Positions 56,888-64,000 of a stretch of DNA of 64,000 bases are shown in pieces. The position numbers were made by a program, and so were the translations under genes. The notes beneath the pieces are model-generated. The model searched no databases and was not told the origin of the DNA. It worked only from the letters and a program-made list of their open reading frames with translations. The stretch is from Deltaproteobacteria bacterium (GTDB lineage Bacteria; Desulfobacterota; Binatia; UBA9968; JAJDTQ01), in assembly GCA_026712905.1 (NCBI GenBank), contig JAPOPM010000175.1:4419-68418 (forward strand). The letters are read 5' to 3'. Position 1 is the first letter of the stretch; each line of letters starts with the position of its first letter.

Positions 56888-57179
56888 GATCCTCCGTCCT
56901 CGATGGACCGCGAATATACTATTCCGCCAAACGGCGGGTCAACAAGAAATCAGCCGGTTGCCACGGTTTTGCCGGACACGGTTGCCGCGCCGCACACATA
57001 GGGCGGACACCGGCCACGCGGCTTGCGCGGGAACGAGGACAGGGCGTTCAACCAGAGAGGAGTTTACCTGGCGGTCGGCACCGTCCTTGACGATTCGCGG
57101 ACGCATGTGACAGATTCTTCGCGTTCGCGGCGGAACAAATGTTTCGGCGGAACACGAACCCCCGACCGGGAGGAGAAAC

Positions 57180-58127
57180 ATGAAGGTATTTGTCACTGGC
57201 GCCGGCATGCTCGGATGTCACACGGCCAGGGAGCTGGCGAAGGCGGGGCACTCGGTCCACATCTACGACCTGAGCCCCGATCCCGCTTACGTCGCGGCCA
57301 TCGCCGGGAAGCGGCGCGTGACCACGGTGCGCGGCGACCTCCTGGACCTGCCCAACCTGATGCGCGCCCTGGCGCAAGCCAAGCCGGCCGTGCTGGTGCA
57401 CACCGCCGGACTCATCGGCGGCCAGGTGGAGAACCCGCCCTACCGCGGCTTCCACACCAACACCGTCGGGTCGGTGAACGTCTTCGAGGCCTGTCAGCTC
57501 GCCGGGATCAAGCGGCTGGTGCACGTCAGCACCTTCGGCGTCTACGACTGGGCCAACATCCGCAAGGGACCGGTCACGGAGGACGCCCCGCGCTGGGGCA
57601 ACCGCTTCTATCCCTCCACCAAGGTCGCCAACGAGGTGATGCTGGACGCCTACGAGAACTACTACGGCATGGAGTGCGTGCGCATCCGCCCCAGCGGCGT
57701 GTACGGGCCCGGCCACTACCGCGGCGGCTCCGGCGGCGGCATCGCCATGAACCACTTGGTGCGCGCGTGCGTGGGTGAGGGGCCCGTGGTGCTCGAGAAG
57801 CGCCACGTGGGACCCAACGACTTCATCTACGCCACGGACGTGGGCCGCGGCATCGCCCTGGCCTGCACCGCCAAGGACGCGCCCGGCAAGGCCTTCAACA
57901 TCGCCGTGGGAACGAATTACGGCCCGAAGGACTTCGTCAAGGCGCTGCGCAACCTGTTGCCGGGCCGCGAGATCGCGCTGGCCGAAGGCGCGGATCAAGG
58001 GAAGGGGCGCCCGCGCGTGGACCTGTCCGCGGCCAGGAGCATCCTCGGCTACGAACCGGAATATACGCTGGAGAAAGGGCTCGCGGACTACATGGAGGTG
58101 GTGCGGCGCCACGGCTTCTGGCACTGA
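57180..58127 (+). CDS. NAD-dependent epimerase/dehydratase (extended SDR family)
   Basis: GAGMLG Rossmann motif and YxxxK (YPSTKVANE); GGAGGAGAAAC ribosome-binding site. Confidence 0.8.
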   Translation: MKVFVTGAGMLGCHTARELAKAGHSVHIYDLSPDPAYVAAIAGKRRVTTVRGDLLDLPNLMRALAQAKPAVLVHTAGLIGGQVENPPYRGFHTNTVGSVNVFEACQLAGIKRLVHVSTFGVYDWANIRKGPVTEDAPRWGNRFYPSTKVANEVMLDAYENYYGMECVRIRPSGVYGPGHYRGGSGGGIAMNHLVRACVGEGPVVLEKRHVGPNDFIYATDVGRGIALACTAKDAPGKAFNIAVGTNYGPKDFVKALRNLLPGREIALAEGADQGKGRPRVDLSAARSILGYEPEYTLEKGLADYMEVVRRHGFWH

Positions 58128-58159
58128 GGCCGTGGCGGAGATTGGAGTCTCGCTTTCCA

Positions 58160-58230
58160 GGCCGTGTCAAACAGCGGGACCATACGGGCCATACGAAACG
58201 TCATTCCCGCGGAAGCGGGAATCCAGCCTT
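58160..58230. repeat. REP/MITE-like repeat, short copy G (single core unit plus gtgtcaaacagcgg module)
   Basis: aaacgtcattcccgcggaagcgggaatccag. Confidence 0.7.
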
Positions 58231-58232
58231 GC

Positions 58233-58907
58233 CTACGCTGTCTTTCCCGCGCGGGCGGCGTAGTCCCGCAGGATGCCGTCGACGTCGACTCCCAGCTCGC
58301 GTCCCTCGCGGATGACGCCTTCCTTCTGGCTGCTCCAGCTCTGCACGAACATGTTCTCCAGGAACTCGCGGTTGGCGGGCTCTTCGGCAAAGCGTGCGAG
58401 CTTTTCCGTGACCATGTCCTCGTGCCCTTCCTCGTCGTCCACGATGTCCTTGGCGAGTTGCCGCACCACCGGGTCCGGCGTGTTGTCGCGCATGTGCTCC
58501 ATGAACACCACCGCGGACTTCTCGGCGATGTTGCACAAGCGGAACGAGCGCACGTCGCCGGTGAGGAACTGGCCGAAGTAGCCGTCGTAGGCCGCCACGG
58601 GAACATCGTCCGCGGCGCCGCGGCTGTCGAGGTAATCCCTGATCAGCGCGTGGTGCTTGTACTCGTCCGCCGCCTGCTCCGCCACGTGGGCGCGCTCGTG
58701 GGGCTCCAACTCGTCGTACTGCAACAGCGCCTTGGTGAACGCCACGGCGTGGGCCAGCTCCTTCTTGGACTGGCGCTGCATCAGCGCGACGAACTCCGGC
58801 GAGCGCGGGTCCAGCTCGGCCAGCGCCTTGCGGATGGCGATGACGGGCCCTTCCAGCTCATCGTGGTAGCGGCTCCACAGCGATTCGACGAATTCCCTTC
58901 CGGTCAT
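58233..58907 (-). CDS. Ferritin-like diiron-carboxylate domain protein (function unknown)
   Basis: 224 aa; two ExxH motifs (EQAADEYKHH, DDEEGHEDM) in predicted helical segments. No closer family recognised. Confidence 0.5.
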   Translation of the reverse strand: MTGREFVESLWSRYHDELEGPVIAIRKALAELDPRSPEFVALMQRQSKKELAHAVAFTKALLQYDELEPHERAHVAEQAADEYKHHALIRDYLDSRGAADDVPVAAYDGYFGQFLTGDVRSFRLCNIAEKSAVVFMEHMRDNTPDPVVRQLAKDIVDDEEGHEDMVTEKLARFAEEPANREFLENMFVQSWSSQKEGVIREGRELGVDVDGILRDYAARAGKTA

Positions 58908-58954
58908 GACATCACTCCTCCGCTTCGGGTTGACTCAAACTACCTGCCGGGCCG

Positions 58955-59225
58955 TTGCGGTGTCAATTGGGGATGCCTCGGGCAGGACCCCGCCCCGCTC
59001 TTGGATTCCCGCTTTCGCGGGTGTGTCAAGACTCCGCTTGGCCACGAGACGGCACCGCCCTACGGATCGTCATTCCCGCGGAAGCGGGAATCCAGGGGTG
59101 GTGGTGGGGGTTAAACGAGGCGGTTTCCCCGCCTCACCCCTCCTGGATTCCCGCTTCCGCGGGAATGACGATCCGTAGAATCCCGCCTCACGAGTCTTGG
59201 CACAGCCGCTTCCACCGGGATGACG
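58955..59225. repeat. Composite REP/MITE-like repeat cluster, copy H
   Basis: tggattcccgctttcgcggg, tgtgtcaagactccgcttggccacg, gtcattcccgcggaagcgggaatccaggggtggtggtggggg ... cccctcctggattcccgcttccgcgggaatgacg. Confidence 0.8.
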
Positions 59226-59354
59226 GATGGAGCACCTGGTCCAGCTCTTTGCCGTGTGTAACGGTACTGCTACAAGAAAACCCACGAGGATGCGGTTGCC
59301 GCGGGTGCGATCGATACACTGCCGCGGCGGCCCGTTTGGGAAAGGAGACTCGAC

Positions 59355-59729
59355 ATGGCGAAGGATGCACGCGAGGCTTTCGAAAGTGTCTCGCTAGGGG
59401 CCGGGAACAAGGCCTACGAGATCATCGCCGATCTCGACCCGGAATACGCGCGGCACCTGACGGGGCTGTTCGTGGACGGGACCTTCGGGCGTGAGGGCGC
59501 CCTCGACCGGAAGACCAAGGAGCTGATCATGGTCGGCATCACCTGCGCGCTGAACCGGCCCCGGGGGGTGCGCCTCCACAGCGAACGGGCGCTCAAGCTC
59601 GGCGCGACGCCGCGGCAGGTACTGGAGGCGGTGGAGGTGGCCGCGATACCCGGGGGCATGCCGGGACTGTGGCTTGGAGCCGAGACGCTGGACGCGATCC
59701 TGCGCGAACAGGGAATCGAGTTCAAATGA
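59355..59729 (+). CDS. Carboxymuconolactone decarboxylase-family protein (AhpD-like)
   Basis: 124 aa; CMD-domain motif region (ELIMVGITCALNRPRGVRLHSERALKLGAT). Confidence 0.75.
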   Translation: MAKDAREAFESVSLGAGNKAYEIIADLDPEYARHLTGLFVDGTFGREGALDRKTKELIMVGITCALNRPRGVRLHSERALKLGATPRQVLEAVEVAAIPGGMPGLWLGAETLDAILREQGIEFK

Positions 59730-60928
59730 GCCTGGCCCACGGGCCGCTCCACGGGGTCCGGGTGCTGGACCTGACGCGGGTCCTGGCGGGTCCCTACTGC
59801 ACCATGTTCCTGGGCGACCTGGGAGCGGAGGTCGTCAAGGTCGAACAGCCGGGCGTGGGTGACGACACGCGCAGTTGGGGGCCGCCCTTCCAGGGAGGCG
59901 AGAGCGCCTATTTCCTGTGCGTCAACCGCAACAAGCGCAGCGTGACCCTGGACCTCCGGACGCCGGACGGCATCGCGTTGCTGCGCCGCCTGGCGCTGCG
60001 GGCCGATGTGCTGATGGAGAACTTCCGGCCGGGCACCCTCGCCGGCTGGGGCCTGCCCGAAACGGAGATCCGGCGGGAGAACCCGCGGCTGATCTACGCC
60101 TCGCTTTCGGCCTTCGGCGCCAGCGGCCCGCTGAAGGACCTGCCCGGCTACGACCTCGCCATGCAGGCCTGGGGCGGCCTCATGAGCATCACCGGCCCGG
60201 CCGGCGGCGAGCCCTCCAAGGTGGGCGTCGCCATCATCGACGTCGTCGCCGGCCTGATGCTGGGGCAATCCATCGCCGCGGCCCTCTACGCACGCGAAAA
60301 GACCGGTGAAGGACAAAGGATCGAGACCTCCCTCATGGAGGCGGAGGTGGCGAGCCTCATCAACGCCGGCAGCAACTACCTCGTCACCGGCGAGGTGCCC
60401 GGACGCTGGGGCAACGCCCACCCCAACATCGTGCCCTACCAGAGTTTCCCGACGGCCGACGGCCACTTGGTGGTGGCCATGGCCAACGACGCCATCTGGA
60501 CGCGGTTTTGCAAGGCGGCGGGCCAGCCGGAGCTGGCGGAAGACCCGCGTTTCGACACCAATGCGCACCGCGTGGAGCACCGAGACGTCCTCATCGAGCT
60601 CTTGAACGAGATGTTCCGCTCGCGTCCGCGCGGGGAATGGATCGAGATCCTGAACGACGCGGGCGTGCCGTGCTCGCCGGTCCAGAACATCCAGGAAGTG
60701 TTCGAATCCCCACAGGTCCTGGCCACGGGGATGCTGCGGGAGATCGACCACCCGACCGCCGGCAAGGTGCGTATGGCCGGGCCGCCGGTGAAGTTCTCGG
60801 GCACGCCCGCGTCCATCCGGCTGGCGCCACCGCTCCTGGGGGAACACAACGAGCAGGTGCTCAAGGAATGGCTGGATCTGGAGGAGGCGGAGGTCGCGGA
60901 GGTTCGGAGACGGGGGACCCTCGGTTAG
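59726..60928 (+). CDS. CoA-transferase family III (CaiB/BaiF family)
   Basis: GPLHGVRVLDLTRVLAGPYCTMFLGDLGAEVVKVE N-terminal signature. ATGA overlap with the CMD gene stop. Confidence 0.85.
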   Translation: MSLAHGPLHGVRVLDLTRVLAGPYCTMFLGDLGAEVVKVEQPGVGDDTRSWGPPFQGGESAYFLCVNRNKRSVTLDLRTPDGIALLRRLALRADVLMENFRPGTLAGWGLPETEIRRENPRLIYASLSAFGASGPLKDLPGYDLAMQAWGGLMSITGPAGGEPSKVGVAIIDVVAGLMLGQSIAAALYAREKTGEGQRIETSLMEAEVASLINAGSNYLVTGEVPGRWGNAHPNIVPYQSFPTADGHLVVAMANDAIWTRFCKAAGQPELAEDPRFDTNAHRVEHRDVLIELLNEMFRSRPRGEWIEILNDAGVPCSPVQNIQEVFESPQVLATGMLREIDHPTAGKVRMAGPPVKFSGTPASIRLAPPLLGEHNEQVLKEWLDLEEAEVAEVRRRGTLG

Positions 60929-60959
60929 CGGCACGGGCCGCTGCGCAAGGACGGTGCAC

Positions 60960-61124
60960 CTAGTGTCCTGCGTCACAAATAGCTTGATGAATCCGCGGGT
61001 CCTTTTCGCCGTCGGCTGCGTTACTCTTCCTCGCGTGGTGCCCGCCACTGCTCGTCATCGCGCCTTGCCGACGACAAAAATGCCCTCGCGGATTCATCAA
61101 GCTATTTGTGACGCAGGACACTAG
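60960..61124. mobile_element. MITE-like element: perfect 38-bp terminal inverted repeats (CTAGTGTCCTGCGTCACAAATAGCTTGATGAATCCGCG) around an 89-bp core, bounded by CTAG
   Basis: Seen directly: 60960-60997 is the exact reverse complement of 61087-61124. Arm GC (~47%) is well below genome GC. No ORF inside. Lies in the intergenic gap between the CoA-transferase and MaoC genes. Confidence 0.45.
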
Positions 61125-61152
61125 CGGGAAGCGGACAAGCGAGGACAACGGC

Positions 61153-61608
61153 ATGCGACAGGGAATGCACTTTGAAGAGTACCGCCCGGGCGACGTTTTC
61201 CGAACCGCCCGGCGCACCGTGACGGAGACCGACGTGGTCCAGTTCGTGAACCTGGTCGGGCTCATGGAACCGCTGTTCATTGATGCCGAGTACATGCGCG
61301 ACGAGACCGAGTACGGCGGGCGCATCGCCCCCGGCAGCCTCACGTTCGCGCTGGCCGAGGGGCTGACCACCCAGACCGGCATGCTGCACGGGACGGGCCT
61401 GGCCTTCGTCGGCCTCGAAGGCATGCGGCTGTTCAGGCCGGTGAAGGTGGGCGACACGATCGCCGTCGAGATCGAGGTGCTCGACGGCCGCGAGACCAAG
61501 TCGCGCAAAGCCGGTATCGTTCGTTGCCGGCACGTAATCACCAACCAGCACGGCGAGACGGTGATGGACTATACGGTGAAACGCTTGATCCGCGGTCAGG
61601 ACGCCTGA
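61153..61608 (+). CDS. MaoC-family dehydratase (hot-dog fold, R-specific enoyl-CoA hydratase-like)
   Basis: Internal ATG (MRQGMHFEEYRPGDVF...); MaoC_dehydratas hot-dog motif region. Confidence 0.75.
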   Translation: MRQGMHFEEYRPGDVFRTARRTVTETDVVQFVNLVGLMEPLFIDAEYMRDETEYGGRIAPGSLTFALAEGLTTQTGMLHGTGLAFVGLEGMRLFRPVKVGDTIAVEIEVLDGRETKSRKAGIVRCRHVITNQHGETVMDYTVKRLIRGQDA

Positions 61609-61659
61609 CACCACACCAGGCGCGGCGGGACGCGCACTGGATCTTCGCGCTACGGCCGC

Positions 61660-62712
61660 TTATGGCCCCCGCGTGTCGCCCGCGGGCTCATCGGGGAAGA
61701 GCGCCTTGCGCAGTTGCACGAGAAACTTGGGGTCCAGCTCGAACAGCCCATTGACGGTCTTCTCGATGGCCGCGCCGTCCAGCGGGCGCACCTCCAAACC
61801 CAGCCTGTTGGCCCCCGCGACAAACGCCGGATCGGCCATGGTGTCCGCAAACGCCTTGCGCAGTTTGGCCACCTGCTCTTTCGGCGTCCCGGGAGGGAGC
61901 GTATAGGCCCGCGCCAGCCTCGCCGGGTCGTGAACACCGTACATGACCAGCATGCGGGCGTTCTCGGACTTGGCCAGGTCCACCGCGTTGGGGACGGACG
62001 GCAGATCCGGGTGCGGCCCGGACATGGCCTGAAGCACGACCTGCGCTTCGCCCACGGCAAGCATCCTGGCCCACGTTTTCTTGACCGACTGCCAGTGCCA
62101 GCAGCCGCCGGCCACTTCCTGCCTGCCGGCGGCCAGTCGGAGATTCTCAAGGCCCTTGTAACCGGGGATGAGCTTGATCGGCAGGCCCAGGGCGGTCGCG
62201 ACGACGCGGGACATGTTTGTCGCGGCCTCGTTACGCCCGATGCCGCCCAGCTTGACGGGCCGCTTGCCGCCGGCCCAACCGGCCACGTCCGCGATGCCGC
62301 TCGCCTTGGTGAGGACGCAGACCGGATGCAGGGGCGCCACCGCGCCGACCCACTCGAAGCGCCGCGTGTCCACCTTCACATCTGTTCGACCGAATATCTG
62401 CTTGTGGATGAGGTCGCCCGCCCAGTGGCCCACGGTGCGGCCGTCGGGCTTGGCTTCGCGGTAGAGGTACTCCGCCGCCACGCTGCCGCCGCCTCCGGCC
62501 AGGTTTCGCACCGCCACCTTGGGGCGTTCCGGCAGATGCCGTCCGATGTGGCGTGCCAGAAGGCGGGTGTAGCTGTCGAAGACGCCGCCGGCGCCGGCGC
62601 CCACCACGAAGGTCAGTGGGCGCTCATCGGCTCCGGCCGCTCGGATGGGAAACGGCACAAGCACCAGCAACAGCGCGGCTGCGAGAATGGCTCTGGATAG
62701 AATCGCCACCAC
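61660..62712 (-). CDS. Periplasmic substrate-binding protein, Bug/TctC-like family
   Basis: 350 aa; signal peptide; C-terminal PPGTPKEQVAKLRKAFADTMADPAFVAGANRLGLEVRPLDG matches the Bug-family C-terminal pattern. Confidence 0.55.
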   Translation of the reverse strand: MVAILSRAILAAALLLVLVPFPIRAAGADERPLTFVVGAGAGGVFDSYTRLLARHIGRHLPERPKVAVRNLAGGGGSVAAEYLYREAKPDGRTVGHWAGDLIHKQIFGRTDVKVDTRRFEWVGAVAPLHPVCVLTKASGIADVAGWAGGKRPVKLGGIGRNEAATNMSRVVATALGLPIKLIPGYKGLENLRLAAGRQEVAGGCWHWQSVKKTWARMLAVGEAQVVLQAMSGPHPDLPSVPNAVDLAKSENARMLVMYGVHDPARLARAYTLPPGTPKEQVAKLRKAFADTMADPAFVAGANRLGLEVRPLDGAAIEKTVNGLFELDPKFLVQLRKALFPDEPAGDTRGP

Positions 62713-62782
62713 GGCTCCGGAGTCGTTGCGTTCCCTTGCTTGCGGCGCGAGGTGCGCGGCCGTGTGGGCGGTCGCGTGGGCG

Positions 62783-63925
62783 CTACGCCCCGTTCAGCCG
62801 CGGCATGACCTCTTTGTGGAACAGGTTCAGGGAGTCGATCACCTTGTCGTGGGCAAGGTTGCCGATGTGGAACATGCCCATGAAGTGATCGGCGCCGATC
62901 TGGCTCATCTGCTGATTGACCTGCGCCGCCACCGTGTCGGGGCTGCCGGCGATGACGAACCCGGTGTCGATGAGCTGCTCCCAGGTCATGGGATGGAAGT
63001 TGACCCGCTGCTCGTTGCCCGGGCGGAAGTAGCTGCCGGACCGGTCACTGACCATGGCGGCCTTGACCTTCTGCTGGTCGACCGCGACGTCGGTCTTGGC
63101 CTCGTTGAAGCCGCGGTTCCACAGCGTGAAGAAGTAACGCAACGGCGGCTCCGCCACCGCCCGCGCCTGCTCGTCGGTCTCGGCCACGTGGATGTGGCGG
63201 CAGAGGATGAACTTGTCCGGTCCGCTTTCCCAGCCGCTGTCCCGCGCCACCTTGCGGTAGTAGCTGAACGTGTCCTCGATCTGGCCCGTGGTCTGGTACA
63301 CCTGCGCGATGGGGATCTGGCGCGCGCAGCACCATTCAATGGACTCGGCGCTGCGCGCCGCCACCCAGATGGGCGGATGCGGCTGCTGCACCGGGCGCGG
63401 CCAGATGGCACAGTTCTCGAACTGGAAGAAGTCGCCCTCGTAGCTCCACACCGGCTCGGTCCACGCCTTCATGATCACGTCGAAGGCCTCGCCGAAGCGC
63501 CCGCGGGATTCCTGCGGCTTGACGTTGTACCACAGGTATTCCGAGGGGATGCCGCGGACAAAGCCGGCTATCAGGCGTCCTTCGGACAGACAGTCGATCA
63601 TGGCGTATTCTTCGGCCACTCGTACCGGGTGCTGGCGCAGCGGCAGGATGTTGCCGAGCACGCCGATCTTCATGCGGCTGGTCTTCTGGCTCAGCGCCGC
63701 CGCGATGAGGTTGGGCGACGGCATGGTGCCGTAGGCGCTGTAGTGGTGCTCGTTGAAGACCACCCCCTCGAAGCCCAACTCCTCGCAGTAGGCCATTTCT
63801 TCCAGGTGTTCCCGGTAGTTGCGCGAGCCCACCGGCGGATCGAAAAAAGAGCTCGGCACGGGCGTTCCCGGAACATCCTCGGGGACTTCCGGATAGGCCA
63901 GCAGGTCGAAGTTGTAGACTTTCAT
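62783..63925 (-). CDS. LLM-class flavin-dependent oxidoreductase (luciferase-like monooxygenase)
   Basis: 380 aa; Bac_luciferase-like fold motifs (MKVYNFDLLAYPE..., GFEGVVFNEHH). Confidence 0.75.
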   Translation of the reverse strand: MKVYNFDLLAYPEVPEDVPGTPVPSSFFDPPVGSRNYREHLEEMAYCEELGFEGVVFNEHHYSAYGTMPSPNLIAAALSQKTSRMKIGVLGNILPLRQHPVRVAEEYAMIDCLSEGRLIAGFVRGIPSEYLWYNVKPQESRGRFGEAFDVIMKAWTEPVWSYEGDFFQFENCAIWPRPVQQPHPPIWVAARSAESIEWCCARQIPIAQVYQTTGQIEDTFSYYRKVARDSGWESGPDKFILCRHIHVAETDEQARAVAEPPLRYFFTLWNRGFNEAKTDVAVDQQKVKAAMVSDRSGSYFRPGNEQRVNFHPMTWEQLIDTGFVIAGSPDTVAAQVNQQMSQIGADHFMGMFHIGNLAHDKVIDSLNLFHKEVMPRLNGA

Positions 63926-64000
63926 CAGGGTCTATCTCCTTTGCGGGCGGCTTGGTGCCCACTCTATCCCGTGAACATCTCGATCAGCGTTCCCGGCGGG

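Noticed and set aside
54134-57001. 955-aa plus-strand ORF
   Set aside because: Antisense to the form II coxL and coxS genes.
19125-59225. Possibility that the recurring repeats are a CRISPR array
   Set aside because: Copies are dispersed over 40 kb, irregularly spaced, composite and partly inverted. They lack unique spacers of uniform length.
63983-64000. Possible 3' end of another minus-strand gene at the window edge (…PAGNA*)
   Set aside because: Only 5 codons are visible, which is too little to call.

Overview
High-GC (~68%) bacterial chromosome segment carrying about 55 protein-coding genes. No rRNA, tRNA or CRISPR was seen. From 1 to 17.6 kb a single minus-strand catabolic super-cluster runs: enolase-family (partial), arylsulfatase, split transketolase, alpha/beta hydrolase, second enolase-family enzyme, ADP-forming acyl-CoA synthetase, CoxS-like 2Fe-2S subunit, ThDP enzyme, TctABC tricarboxylate-type transporter, and CoxL/CoxM-like molybdenum hydroxylase subunits. 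An accessory-looking stretch follows. It contains a higBA toxin-antitoxin pair, a ChaC-like gamma-glutamylcyclotransferase, an HlyD/AcrB-type RND efflux pair, a bacterial ERG4/ERG24 sterol-reductase homolog, a TM0106-type RecB-like nuclease and an AbgB-like M20 amidohydrolase. The most notable feature is a two-gene cassette at 28.9-31.0 kb: a GrdC-like protein followed by a genuine selenoprotein A gene (grdA). grdA has an in-frame UGA inside the CFV-U-TAAG motif and a downstream hairpin, so the six-frame track splits it. Directly after grdA lies a 5'-truncated hicA toxin remnant, then hicB, vapBC(phd) and mazEF. Further along are two paralogous alpha/beta hydrolases flanking a peptide ABC importer that lacks ATPase genes, an LldD-like oxidase, a TetR regulator, a heterodimeric ABC exporter, radA, dinB, hemE, hemY, a form II CoxSLM cluster (AYRGAGR motif) and a CMD/CoA-transferase/MaoC trio. 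At least eight intergenic copies of a composite REP/MITE-like repeat are scattered through the window (core palindrome ATTCCCGC-GGAA-GCGGGAAT). There is also a 165-bp MITE-like element with perfect 38-bp inverted termini, and an AT-rich 33-bp perfect palindrome. Many long ORFs in the track are antisense or GC-rich read-through artifacts and were rejected.
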